A DNA stretch of 64,000 nucleotides from Chiloscyllium plagiosum (GCF_004010195.1 NC_057752.1:541908-605907), one strand, 5' to 3'; positions 37,261-50,748 are shown, counted from the first letter of the stretch. The notes: generated by a model not told the origin, from the letters alone. Program-made: numbers and translations.

Positions 37261-39389
37261 TCACCCAGGTCAGGTGACTCCTTATGTAGTACTGTACAGA
37301 TTGTGCCTTATGAATACAATAGTGTAATTTCAGATTCTCAACTACTCATGGCATCGGCTCAGAATTGGGAAAAGAGTGATAAAATCAAGATGGTGAGCCC
37401 ACATTTGTTTTGAGAGTGAATTTGGAGTTGGGAGGCTGTTGGTTCAGGAGGAGGATTGGGACTGGAGGCAGGTCATGCCACTGAAATCAGAGAACAGCTG
37501 TAGTGTCTGGGTTGGTTTGTGTGTCTGTTTGCGAGTTGGTGGGTTTAGTCCCCCCTGCCTGCCCAAGGCAGCTGGCGATTGTAAAGAGGATGGGGCAAAT
37601 GTGGAGTGATACAGGAGGTGAGGAGGTGATTGTTGCCCACTGACATTCTGAAAGTCTGAAACCATGCTGTGGTGACACTGGCTGTGTGAGTGGAAGCTGA
37701 AGCAATGGTAAGTGCCTTCAGGTGGCTCTTAAAATTGCTACCATTGCTATCTCCAGTCCCAAAGTGGGAGGAAGTTTTTTTTGGCTTGGGGTGGAGTGGA
37801 GGAAAAAAATGGAGGAAAAAGGAAGAGTTGACAAGGGAATGTGTGATAGGAATTTAAAAAAAAAATTTTTTGCCATAGTGAGATGGTGAATGACAATGGG
37901 CAGTAGCTATACAAAATTGAGACCACAGTGTTTGCCTTCAGTCAAAGAAGGCCTTTCTTTTTTAAAAGATGCTGGAGCAATTGTGCGCTTATCTCCAGAT
38001 CTTCTAAATTCATGAACTTTTTCCAGTGTCTCTAAAGACAGAGAACTGCCACTGATGTCTCGTTGACCCTAACCATAGCTGGAGGTGGCCTTGACATTCT
38101 TATGGGTGATGCACATCATTGTGGGGTTCTCAGATTGTGGACTTATGATTGTGCTGTTGCTTGCTCCTGTGTTTGTGTAATCTGAGTAGATGGCATAGGT
38201 TGGAGAACTGTTGATTTGGTGTTCCTGAAATACATTTAGAAATGATATGATTCTCAAGTCTGGTGCAGAGCGTTAGTGAAAGTGGTGCTTTTGTTAAATG
38301 TATATCTGGAGTATTTGAGATTCTGCTTTTTTTTTCCCTTTTGAGATTGCTCTGTGAATTGTTAACTTTCCAAGCAAATCATCCTGCAACTTTAAAACAA
38401 AATTTGCTTTTCCTCTTGCCCCTGTTTTTTTTCCCACTTTTAATAGTGCTCGAATGGAAACATGAGTGCCAATTAGATGAAGTTTTTGCTGTAATTAAAA
38501 ACAAAGTAATGTGAATGCTGGAGATCTGAAATGAGCAGAAATTGCTGGACAAATGCAGCTCTGACATTCACTTGGTTTTCTGTTCACAGATGCTGCCAAA
38601 TCTGCCGAGTATCTCCAATTTCTCTTTTGCTTGGAGCTATATGTTGGGTTTTGTTTGGATCAAACCAAGGATTTTGCTTTTTTTTGTGTCGGAGCAGTTC
38701 TTTTTGTCAGTCATGTTTCAGATGCTGCTTCGATTATGCAAGCCTTGATGTGTTACTTGAAGCTGTTTGATCCACCGTCTCCTGCCCCATATTTCTCCAA
38801 GGCTCCTCAGGAGTGGGAAGGAGTTCACTCAGATCACTTCTAAAGTGAGGGGAGGGGGAAGTGAAGAAGATGGCAAAGACTGTTGATTTTGAAACTCGCA
38901 GCTCAATTATAAGTCAGTTGACCCTTTTTGAGTTGCCCATTTGACTCAGCTAAGTTATGAAGTTAAATGTTGAACGTTATTCCCCACTTTGACATTTGTC
39001 ACTCCCTACTAAGAGGAAAATACCAAAATAGTTTGGAGGCATCTCCAGAAGGAAATGGTTAATGTTACAGATTAATGACCTTTTGTCAGAAAGATGTAAT
39101 TTTGTAATTTGATAATGTCCAGATAATAAACATCACATAAACTGGCCAAATGTTTGTCAGAGTACCAGGGATAATTCCTCTTCTCTGCCTTAAAACAGTC
39201 ATGGGATATTTTCCAACTGTGTATGTGGGGCCTTGGTGCTCAGCTGAAAAATGGCATTCCCTTACTGCTCCCCACTGAGTCAGAGTTGATACCACTTTAA
39301 ATTCCCTTGCCTCATTTTAGATAACTAGCCATAGTTCATAAAGGTAATTGCCATCAGCCTTCATTGGGTAGACAGTTGGTTATGTCGAG

Positions 39390-40380
39390 TCAAGAATTGT
39401 ACAGCACAGAAAGTGACCCTTTGGTCCAACTCGTCCATGCTGACCAGATATCCTGAATTAATCTAGTCCCATTTACCTGCATTTGGTCTATATTCTTCTA
39501 GTTGAAACTTTATTGCTGGAACAGCACAGCAGGTCAGGACCCTTTGGTCCAACTCGTCCATGCTGACCAGATATCCTGAATTAATCTAGTCCCATTTACC
39601 TGCATTTGGTCTATATTCTTCTAAACATTTTCTATTCCTATGCCCATCCAGATGCCTTTTAAATGTTGTTGTCATTGTACCAGCCCCCACCACTTCTGGC
39701 AACTCATTCCATACACGCACCGCCCTCTGTGTGAAAAAGTTGCCCTCTAGTTCTGGCCTCCCCTGCTGTGGGGAAAAAGGTCTTGGCTATTCACCTTATC
39801 CATGAACCTCATGACTTTATAAACCTCTAAGATCACCCCTCAGCCTCCGATGCTTCAAGGAAAATAGCCCCAGCCTATTAAGCCTCTCCTTATAACTCCA
39901 ACTGTCCAAACCTGGCAACATCCTTGTAAGTCTTTTCTGAACCCTTTCAGGTTTCACAACACCTTTTCCTGTAGCAGGGAGACCAGCATTGAACGCAGAA
40001 TTCCAAACGTTGCCTGACCAACGTCCTGTACAGTTGCAATATAATCTACCAATTACTATACTCCTACACTAGCCAATGTAGGTAAGTGTACAAACGCCAC
40101 CTTCACTATCCTGTCTACATTTGACTCCACCTTCAAGGAACTATGAACCTGCACTCCAGGGTCTCTGTTCAGCAACACTCCAGGGCCTACTTGGAGTATG
40201 TGTCCTCGCCTGATTTGCCTTGCCAACAGGCAACATCTTGCATTTATCTAAATTGAACTCCATCTACCACTCCTCGGCCCATCTGATTAAGGTCCCATTG
40301 TGCTCTGAGATAAACTTCTTCACAGTCCAATTTTGGTGTCACCTGCAAACTTGCTACAAATTCCTCCTATATTCATATAT
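39390..40380 (-). mobile_element. CR1 LINE 3' fragment with internal 86-bp duplication
   Basis: Homologous to 2975-4030; 39415-39500 repeated exactly at 39538-39623. Confidence 0.85.
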
Positions 40381-40744
40381 ACATTGTGGGAGGGTGGTGC
40401 TCTCATGGTGCAGTGGTAGTATCCCTGCTTCCCTGCTAGGAGATCCAGGTTCAAGTCCCACTTGTTCCAGTAGTGTGCTCCACATCTGAACAGTTTGATT
40501 AGAAAATATCTAGAAATGAGTTGGGGTTCTTGTGGTACAGTGAGTGTTCTACCTGCCCTGGACTCTGAACAGGTTGACTTTAAAACTATCTATAGCTTGA
40601 GGGGCATCGCTGTGAAATGTGGGTTAAGCTGAGGAGGTAGGGTTTCCATGAACCACTAGAGGACTGAACCTGTGCTTTTGACATTTATTCTGTATTACAT
40701 TCTAACTGACCAAGTTGAGTAGGGCCCCCACAACCTCCTAACAA

Positions 40745-41020
40745 TTGTAAATGTTACAATTGTACCAGCCACCACCACTTCATCTGGCAACTCATTCTGC
40801 ACACGTACCACCCCCTGTGTGGTACGTGTATGGAATGAGCTGCCAGAGGCTGGTACAATGACAACATTTAAGAGGCATCTGGATGGGTATAAGGTTTGGA
40901 GGGATGTGGGCTGGGTGCTGGCAGGTGGGACTAGATTGGGTTGGGATATCTGGTCGGCATGAATGGGTTGGACCGAAGGGTCTGTTTCTGTGCTGTACAT
41001 CTGACTCTATGACTCTATTG
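40745..41020 (+). mobile_element. CR1 3' end with 5' fold-back inversion
   Basis: Arms 40749-40811 and about 40819-40870 are reverse complements; ends in CTCTATGACTCTAT tail. Confidence 0.75.
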
Positions 41021-44000
41021 CCTTTATGTGCAATCAAACCCTTTTTGTAATCTTAAGGAAAATCCAAACTGCTGGACCTTGACCCTTTTGTATCCGAATT
41101 TGACTGACTCAGGAGGCTGAAGACAGTGCATTAAATGGAGACAAAACAGTGAGCATTGCTTGCAGCTTTGACACGCTTCTCTGAATTCTGGAATGGTTAC
41201 TGTGCAAGAGGAGACCATTCAGCCCATTGTCTGTGCCAACTTTCTCCTCTTTCTTGCTTTCAACCCCTCCCTCTGGCTTCCATTCAGCACAGAGTACGCA
41301 TACCAGATTTGGAGAAATCAAAACAAAGACTTCACTGGAAAATCTGCTAAAATATTCTTAAATTGCTGTTTTTTATTCCCCGTAAATTAAACCTCAGGAT
41401 TGAGCAGAATCTGCCAATGCAGCTTTTGTTGCCTGAGGCAATGAACAGTTGATAACGGAACAGACACAGCTGTTGTCATAGTGATGGCATTGGCTGCTGG
41501 ATGCGAGGTTAATAACTTTTATACATAAAACCTGTGTTTATTTGAAAAGGTTTCTTAAAAATTGCAGGGAAGTTGGGAAAGAGCAGGCAGTCCAACTAAT
41601 GCAACTCTTTCAAGAGCTGGCACAAACACAGTGGCATGAGTAGCTGAGTATGTTGTATGATTCTGTTTCGTCTGAGAATTGAAGCCATTTTCTTTTAAAA
41701 GTCTGTGACTGGTTCATAGGGTACTTAATACTCACCTGTAGATTGAAGCTTTGCTTCTGAATCTTCACCTTTTTTGTTTGTTTTTGTCCCCACCAAACAC
41801 CTTAACTTTAAACAAACACCTTGACTGTGCTAATATGTTGTGTTACAAGTGTCATAAAGTTGAAATGAAAGAGACTTGCATTTATCTTTTCCCTTTTCTA
41901 ACCTCTGGGTGTCCCAAAATACTTTATGGTCAAAGTGGTTTTGAGATTATAATCACTCTTGTGATGTAGGAAGTATGGCAGCTAAGTAATGCATAGCAAG
42001 ATCCCACACAGTAAGTTGATAATAAAATTGTCTTTTTTTTTATATGCTGTTGCTTGAGGGATGATCATTGGCTTGAAGACCTTGGGAAGAACTTCCTTGT
42101 TTTTCAAGTGTCAAGGAACCTTTTCATGTTCACCTAATATTGTGTCTCTTAATGTCTCATTCTCCTAATAGTGCAGTGAAGCACCAGGTGAATGGTGGCG
42201 GTCTCCTCTGAGAACAATGACGTAAAGTACAAACTGCGCTTTAGGTGTTAACCAGCTTCTAGGCAGATTGTGGTCATTGCTGAAGAACTTTGTTAGACAG
42301 TGTCTGTTCTTTTATATTATTTTCTTTTAGGTCTGTATTCTTGGTTATAAGGCTGAACAGCTCTTTAGTCATCTGCAGATGACAATCCACTTGAGTCTGC
42401 AAACTTTTCCAACTTTGCATCCCACCTGGTATCTCCCCTTCTTTTTGCCTCTCTAACCTCCTCCCTCTCACTACAACTGATCCTTCTGTCAAACCACTTC
42501 TCATTAAGAAAACAAACTATCATTGTCCTTGCTTTTGGTTACTTCTACTGAAACATCAATATCTTGGATGATGATTAAAAGTTTTTTTGGGCGGGTAATT
42601 TGATTTATAGACAGTATCACCGTTGAACCTGATCCTGTTTACACCTCTTTGTTTTTGGAAGGCATAACTGAATTGTAGTATGGAGTTGAAGCTTTCGTTA
42701 TCCCTGTGTGTTTTTTTTTGCACAATTTCTCATAATAGTCAGGTGCTAGACAGTACTATAGTGTTTTATGTTTCTGGCCTAATACATAAAATGTGGGTCC
42801 AAATTTCTTGCTGTGACAATTTGATAAGAGTTCAAATTCTCAATAGATGTCATTAAAAATCTGGAAATAAACATCAGGTTTCAGTGAAAATGACCACAAA
42901 GCAATTGGGTTGTTGTAAAAGCCCATCTGGTCATATAATCATTTGCGTCAAGATGTTTGTTTTCTTCGCCTATCTGACCTATATAAGACTCCTATTCCAA
43001 TACCAACTAATTTCTTAACTGCTCTCTGAATTACCCCGTTGTGGAATTACTTTTTTGAGAGCTGCAATGGATGGGCAATAAATGCCAGCTGTGCCAATGA
43101 TGCATCCTGTGAATTCATTATTTCTGAAGATGCAAAGACCATAAATACAGTGCTCCTAATGCCTGGAGTTAGCTCAATTAATATTGACTGAGAATCCTTT
43201 AGACCAGCTGGTTTACTACTATATTAAGGGGTGTCTGTGAAACCAGAGTAGTGGAGTTCTTAGTTTTTAAATGTTACTTTGACTGGAAGGAACTGTCCTT
43301 TCACTACTCCCATCTCTGACAGCAATACCCCATTGCAGGAAGAAGGGAAGGTTTGGAAAGGAGCCACTAGCTGATGTAGTTGACTGTTCTTCCAGCTTCC
43401 CTTTGCCCCACCAAACAATGGCACAGCTAAGATCAGAGAGCTTGCTGGTGTAGTGTCACTTTGTAGATGCTGGAGGCTATTGGTGTCTTGGCGCAATGTA
43501 GGACTCTGGGTGTTGAATTCTGCTGACCAGTGAATGGAGACAAGTAGGTTTGAGTGGCTTTTGATACAGTAAAACCAAGGTCCCATTTGATTAATGAGGT
43601 GAGCATTAAAGACGTCATGGTGTTAGTTGAGAAGGAATGCGGAGTTCCAATCAATATTCACCCAACAGCAGCACCAAAAAGACGCAATATTGGTCTTTGT
43701 GTTTCTGTGTGGAACCTTGCTGTGTGTGAATTAGCTGCTGCATTTGCCTAGATCTGACAGACTATCTGTACTTTGGCTGTAAAGGGTTTTGGGACAACCT
43801 GAGGTTGTGAAAGGCACTCTATAAATGCAGCTTTTCTTTTAATCAAAGAGCACTAGTGTTAGTTGCGTAAGATGTCTTGAGTTTGGGTCCACCCAGGAAG
43901 TTACCTGAGTCAAATCCCAGGCTCTTTGGACATTTAGCATATGTTGGGATTCTCAGGATATGAATATCATTCCCAATTGTCTCTTGAAGGTTAATGACCA

Positions 44001-44375
44001 TCTTAAACTTTGAGGTTTCTGTGGTGAAGGTGCTCCTACAGTACTGTTAGGGAGGGAGGTCTAGATTTTAACTGAGCAGTGATGAAAGAAATGCTGGTAT
44101 ATTTAGGTTAAGACTGTAAGATTTGAAAATTCTTATTCCCCTGTGCCTAACGTCCTTATTCTTTAGACAGTGGGGTTTGAGTGTGGGTGGTTTTGTTGGG
44201 GTTATGATGTTTCATCTGGCTAATTTTTTTTATACTTGTGCAATTCATATGTGAATATTAGATATTTGGGTGGCGAATTGTGAAAAGCAAAAGTAGGACT
44301 TTCTTTTAAAAAATGTTTCTTTTCAATCTACCCAGGTGATAGTGAGGAGGGAACAAGCGCGTGTGTGGTGGCAAA

Positions 44376-44578
44376 ATGCAGCAGTATGAGCCTGTGGCAG
44401 AGATCGGAGAAGGGGCGTATGGTACTGTTTACAAGGCACGAGACTCTCTGAGTGGAAAATTTGTTGCTCTAAAAAATGTGCGGGTTCAAAGAAATGAAGA
44501 TGGCCTGCCACCGTCGACTGTGAGGGAAGTGGCCCTTCTGAAGCGGCTGGAGTATTTTGACCATCCCAACGTTGTAAG
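44376..44578 (+). CDS. CDK4: Cyclin-dependent kinase 4, coding exon 1 (exon starts 44336)
   Basis: [23 protein letters not shown]...[19 protein letters not shown]; acceptor CCCAG at 44335, in-frame stops just upstream of the ATG, donor GTGAGG (phase 2). Confidence 0.95.
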
Positions 44579-45882
44579 GTGAGGGTGTTAAGATTGGGGG
44601 CTTGGGTTTGATCTTTTAGTTTGACTGACAGCGGTCACCTCACTGTGCCTTTGGACATCTTATCCCCTTGGGCTTTGTCATACACGTGTTCACTGTGTCT
44701 CAACGCCTGTGATCCAGGGTATTAATTCACACAACATGGATTACCTCACAATACCAGTCAGCATTTATTAAACAAATATCAGATTACTGGATCCTACCCT
44801 ATAGCTGCTAGGAGTGTGGGAGGTTTTATTTATTTCTCCTATTCTCCTATTCATGGTTTCCTGCTCACCCCCCTGTTTTAGCCAAGTGTGTGTTCGGCTG
44901 TTGGGGGCACCATCAAAATCCAAGCTGAATAATTGATATATTCAACAAAATCACTGGATAGTGACTGACAGTGGAGGTCCTGACCATATGTCCCCTTCTC
45001 AATCCTGGTCACTTATTGCATACTAGCTAACCCAGATTGGAGGTGGAAGCTTCCACCTTCTGATACTTGTGTATAGTATTTCTCCCATTGAGCTGACCAC
45101 TTATTGTTTTTGATCACCTCTACTGATTTGTACATAGATTTTGTACTTGCTGTGATTCAACCTGAGTCAAAAGTTTTTGGGTTAATGTTCCACTCTGAAT
45201 ACAGAGCACAAAAATTGAGGCTGCCGCTCCCAATGCAGTACACATTGTTTGTGGGAGCTTTCTACAAACTATTTGGTCACCACTTTTCCTACACCACAGC
45301 AGTGACTAAGCTGCAAAAAATGCTTTGAGATGTCTTTAACTTTTGCAAGGTGTTTTATAAACACAAACCTTTTATGTTGTCTTGCATGTCCCTGTGTTTG
45401 CTGTAATTAAGAAATTAATTTGCTGCAGAGCTGAATGAACTACTTTTAAGCTTTCATTCCTCAGGAAGTGGGATATAGGGGCCACATTGAATGCTGACTG
45501 TGTAAATGTCTTGTTTCCTCTTTGGGTAGATTGTGAAAAGTTACTGATTTGAACTCCCACCCTGTTAATGCATTTCAAATCAAATGTTTGTGCCTGCCAT
45601 TAAGGCAATGGGATTGTGCCTGTCTATCATGCCTGATGAGTCAGGCATTTGGAATGTAGTTGTGTTCTAGACAGTTTTTGTTTTGCATGTTTGAAGGATG
45701 TGAAGGTCTTGGATCAATTCTGTGATACGGCTGTTGGATCTTGACGCTCTGGCATTGTGCAGCCTGTGGTGGTACCTAATTCACCAGGTGGGGTTGGGGG
45801 CTGGTGCTCTAGGGGAATCTGACCAGTACTTACTATGGCGTGCTGGTAGCACATTGGTTTATGCCATTTTGATGCTGTATCG

Positions 45883-45908
45883 TGTGTGTGTGTGTGTGTG
45901 TGTGTGTG
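45883..45908. repeat. (GT)n microsatellite
   Basis: About 13 GT units. Confidence 0.9.
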
Positions 45909-46717
45909 GTAATCACGACCGGAGTTGGTGGGTAACGGTGGGGTGGGTACCGATCCTACAGTGTCATCCGACCATCGGCAGATATGCTGCATTGCGTGGG
46001 CACATATCTTCTTCTCCTCCTCCTGGGATACTGCATGGGACTCTGAAGAGGGATTTCATTTTTGAGAATCTCAGAACTTTCACAAACTTGTTGTATCTGG
46101 GAGCCCATTGCATGTGCCGATTGAGATGAAAAAGCTGCTGTCAGGAAGTGTCAGTGTAGGCGAACAGACACCATTTCCCATCCAGTTGTCCAGTGTTGCA
46201 TCATACACTGCTTGGTTATCAATCCAGAGAAATGGTATGTTAGCTTGTCAGGGCATGGCAGAGGAAGAGAATGTCCTTCAGACTCCTGTAAAATTTAAAA
46301 GTCCTGTGTCACCAGTTGTCATCTGGCCTCATGGAGGTTGCTAACTTGTTGGCCCACGGTATGATGTTGGGCCTGTGTTGTGGGCCATGACCCAGGAACA
46401 CTTGGATTGCAGGTCTGTTCCAAACCTCCACTTTTGTCAAATCAGGTGAATTTTTTTGGGATGGTCTGCCAAATCCCAAAGCAGTTTGCACAGGCACTTT
46501 GACACAGAAGAAATCTGTGTCAAAGACTTCCTGATTTTATTTGGTGCACTCGGTCTTGTTCTAGCAGTGTGCTGACTAAAGACTAAAACTTGAGTCCTAA
46601 GTGTACATCAGCCTGAAATGATAGAATGCTTATTGTCTGACTGACAGTCTCACTTGTTACACAAATTATACTTTATGCTAGCTAGCTACTTACCAGTTAA
46701 TTTCCCCTGAAGTAAAC

Positions 46718-49320
46718 TGATGTACTACTAGGCACAGAGGCATCCTTTGTTTACTTGTGTACAGTATACTGGCTGTGGTCAGCCAGCTCTGAGTTACCCC
46801 CCCTGAATTGAAGAGATTCTCAGTCCCCTGTTAATATTGTTCAGCCAGGGCTTCCTGATTGGGTTTGTTAACCTGGGACAACCGAGGATCATGTAATCAA
46901 CACGATTCACTTGGTTCAGGCGACTAAGTTCTCTCCACTCCTCTTGCCCGCCTTGGCTGGACTGTAGCCTGTCTCTTGTGTCTGGAGTGTCTCATGAGAA
47001 TTTCCTCCCCTGCCTGGCAGCGTAGAGGCTGCATCCATCTCTGACTCTGAAGTTTCCTTGACGCTAGACGGAGATGGAGAACCTGTGGTTTCCAACACTC
47101 CTTCTGGCTGTTCGGAGGGAGCAGATGTGTTTCACTCCTGCACAGTTTGCGAGGTAACAGCTTTCAGTTGATACATAAAGTTTGTTTAGGACCACTTTGC
47201 CTACCTGAATTTTTGTAAGTCATGAGACCTGACCTCATTAATCTTGGAGACAGTCAGGACTGCACATGCTGGAGATCAGAGTGCAGTGCTGGAAAGTCGA
47301 TATTTCGAGCATTAGCCCTTCATCAGGAATAATTTCTGATGAAGAGTTATGCTTGAAATGTTGACTCTCACTCCTCAAATGCTGCCTGACTGGTGCTTTT
47401 CCAGCACCGCACTCTTTGACTTGCATTAATCTCATTTGCCTTATACCCACACAGGGCTGTTTTCATGGTTCCAGCACCAAACTTGGTTCACCCCAAATTA
47501 AATTGTTTCTCAGGCTTAGAGGAGGCTTGTAGCCAGTATTAGCATTCCTGATGTTGTTTCACAACCACCACCCACCCCCCCTGCTCTAGGAATATTAGCA
47601 TTAATCTGGTGCAGAGTAGTCTTTCCATCAACAACTCTGCTGGAGCTATCCCTGTTGTTGTGTGAGAGTGGTCTTATAATTGAACAGGAACCAAGACAGT
47701 TTGGTATCAAGTGACACAATACGCTGTTGCTTTAAGCCTGCTTTCAACGTTTGGGCGGCTCTTTCTGCTAGACTATTGCATGATGGATGGTGTGGAACTG
47801 TCCTTTCTGTGCCAAAAACTATTCGACTTCAGGAAATACTCACATTCCCTGCTGGTAAATGATATCCCTTTGTCCATGCTCAATACTTCCGGGAGTCAGT
47901 GTATTGCAAGTTATGCTTGCAGCTTCTCCATAGTTATCCCTGAGTTTGCTGAGTGGACTTTATGCACATCTAACCACTTTGGCCATTCATGATGACTGGG
48001 AACATTGAGCCCATGAAAGGACCAGTATAGTTGATCAAGTCAAAGGTTTACCTGGCCATTCTCATAAATGTGGGGCCACTGCTGGTGGCAACTTTTATCC
48101 TTTATTGACAATCTGGGCACTGCCCCACCAATGTACCTATGTTGGCATCCAACTCTGGCCAACAGACATGGCTTCTTGCTAGCATCTTCAGGGGTTTTCA
48201 AGATGGAGTTCAGCCAGTATCTGGCAGTGACCTTTCACTCTGGATAACCACCCTTGCTCTCCAAAGTAACAGGTCAACCTGTCTGGTGATCTGGTTTCAC
48301 CAGGTCCAGAAAACTTTTAATCCTGGTTGTGATGGCCCGCTACCTGCCCCATTACAACCAGCTGTTTTAATTTTGTTCAGACTGGATCTTTGTGTCCACC
48401 GTCTAATATCGTCAGTGATGACTGGAAGAGTGTTCAGAAAGTTTAAAACTGGAATGGACTCTTCGAGTGATGACACCACCAGTGGAGTAACTCAATGAGA
48501 GGTAGCTCAAGGCATCACTTGACTTCCTGGACTGTTCTAACTTTACCTCTATGCACTGAGAGCAAGGGCCCAACGCTGAATTCTACCAGAAACTGTGGGT
48601 GGCACTGCTTTGTCTTCAGTAGCCCTAGCAGGGGTTTGTGATCTGTTACTGTAATAAATTCCTGCCTGTAAAGGTACTGTTAGAACTACTCCACAACAAA
48701 ATGACTGCCAAATCTACCTTCTCTGGGCATATTTACATTCAGCATCAGCTAAAGTCTGGGAAGCATACACTTGGGCCACTGGTGAGTCAATACCTCCCTA
48801 ATATCGTACAGCACTACCTCTCGCTTCAGATTGTAGTGAGCCAATGCCTCAGATGACAGCTGCTTCACTTCCCTGAATGCTACTACTTGGCTACGTGACC
48901 ATTTCCAAGGCTGACCCTTTTTCAATTGCAGGTGTAAGGGTGCCAAGATGGAGGTCGGGCTACGTATGCATTTTCCATAATAATTCTGGGGTTCCTTTGG
49001 TTGCCCTCACTTTATCTTCCAACAAGTGTAACCTCGTTTTGTGACTGTAACCAAAGTAGGTCACTTAGGGTGCCTGGAACACACACTTTTCCCTTTTATT
49101 TTTAAGGCATACATCCACTTGGGAGAAATGCTTAAGCACTATATCCAAGTTCTCTCTTCATTGCTCTTTCTGGTTGTTAGCACATCATCCAGGTAAATGG
49201 CAATTTGGGGTAGCCCTTGGAATGTTCTCTGTGGTCTGCTGGAAAAGGACGAAGCTGATGATACCCCAAATGGCAGTCTTGTACAGAGGAACCTCGATTA
49301 TGCAAACGAGATGGGCAGGC
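46718..49320 (-). mobile_element. Decayed Gypsy element (partial pol plus 3' LTR) in a CDK4 intron
   Basis: Minus strand AIYLDDVL near 49180-49203, LAPLHLQLKKGQPWKWS..LAHYN, LNTLPVITDDIRRWT; LTR-like segment at about 46718-46905 related to 13764-13992; boundaries approximate. Confidence 0.78.
47245..47423. mobile_element. Fold-back Penelope-derived insertion with two inverted hammerhead cores
   Basis: 9-bp TSD CATTAATCT; centre CTTCATCAGGAAT-AATTTCTGATGAAG. Confidence 0.8.
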
Positions 49321-49489
49321 TTTATTTCATTCAGATAATTGATCTCCTCTGGGGCTTGGAGTTTTCTGTGGTCTGCTCCCTGTTCAGGAGACTAGGCAAA
49401 ATTACACTGTGTGCAAGCATCCGCATCCCAAACCTGCCTGCCCTGACCCTGCCCACTCACATTCCCCCCACCCCACCCCGAGAGTTAAT

Positions 49490-49890
49490 AGTAAGGCCCT
49501 GTGGAGTGCTGTTTAACAGCGACCTAGGGGTTTGTGTACGCAGTTCCTTGAAAGTGGCATCACAGATAAACAGGGTAGCAGGGTAATGAAGAAGGTGTTT
49601 AATATGCTTGCCGTTATTGGTCAGAGCATTGAGTATAGGAGTTGGGATGTCATGTTGCGGCTATACAGGACATTGGTTAGGCCAGTTTTGGAATACTGTA
49701 TGCAATTCTGGTCTACCTGCTATAGGAGGGCATAAGTTTAACATGAGGGTGAAGATATAAAAGGGACCTGAAGATATAAAAGGGACCTGAAGGGTAACTT
49801 TTTCTGTCTCTTGGTGGTGTGTGTATGGAATGAGTTGCCAGAGGAAGTGGAGGAGGCTGGTACAATTACAACATTCCAAAAGACGTTTGA
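49490..49890 (+). mobile_element. CR1 3' fragment with internal deletions
   Basis: DLGVCVRSSLKV, LVRPVLEYCMQFWS. Confidence 0.8.
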
Positions 49891-50177
49891 TCAATATTGT
49901 AACACCCCTTGCCTGAAGATTCTATACACTGGAATATTGAACTGCCAGTCCTGTCCTTAGTCAATCATGTTTCTGTTATAGCAATGATACCATATTCCCA
50001 TGTGTAATCATCTCCCTTATTCACAAGGCTCCTTGCATTAAAATAAATGGCCACCAAGCCTTGCTCCCTTATGCCTTGACCTGACTATGTATACTCTACC
50101 TTCCACACTGACTTTGAGTTTTCTATATTTATGCATCACCCCTTGCTGTAACTGCCTGTCCTTCCTTGTTGCTGCAG

Positions 50178-50313
50178 GTTGTTTGACGTGTGTGCGACAA
50201 TGAGAGCAGACAGAGAAACTAAGGTCACTTTGGTGTTTGAGCATGTCGACCAGGATCTGAAAACTTATTTGGAGAAAGCACCGTCACCTGGCCTACCAGC
50301 TGAAACAATCAAG
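50178..50313 (+). CDS. CDK4: CDK4 coding exon 2 (136 nt)
   Basis: (R)[51 protein letters not shown] acceptor, GTAAAA donor; absent from the ORF track. Confidence 0.95.
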
Positions 50314-50524
50314 GTAAAAAGCAAAACTGTCTGACTATTTGAGGCAAGCCTACTGTTTCTTTGACCCTTATTCCAGCCATGTACTAGAAAAGAGGGTGTG
50401 TCAGATGAGGCTATAGTGATGTTCGCTGACCCATAGATGGGACAGGTGACTTCTTAAAAAAAAAAAATACTGTTGAGAGTTCAGGGAGTGTACTTTGATG
50501 TCACTGCTGAATTGACTTGAAATG

Positions 50525-50641
50525 GAATTAAGGGCTACGGGGAGAATGCGGGTAGGTGGAGTTGAAATGCCCATCAGCCATGATTGAATGGCGGAGTAGA
50601 CTCGATGGGCCGAATGGCCTTACTTCTGCTACTATGTCTTA
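50525..50641 (+). mobile_element. Short CR1-type 3' tail insertion
   Basis: GAATGGCGGAGTAGACTCGATGGGCCGAATGGCCT..TATGTCTTATG tail, flanked by TGAAATG duplication. Confidence 0.7.
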
Positions 50642-50748
50642 TGAAATGAAAAATGTCCAATTCTCCTTTTTGTTTAAAAAAACAAGTAGTAACTGAAATA
50701 TGAACAGAAATATTGGACATGCATAGCAAATCAGTCAACATCTGTGGT

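Noticed and set aside
44361..44375. N-terminal extension MCGGK from the ORF track
   Set aside because: It starts at GTG; the first ATG in good context is 44376.
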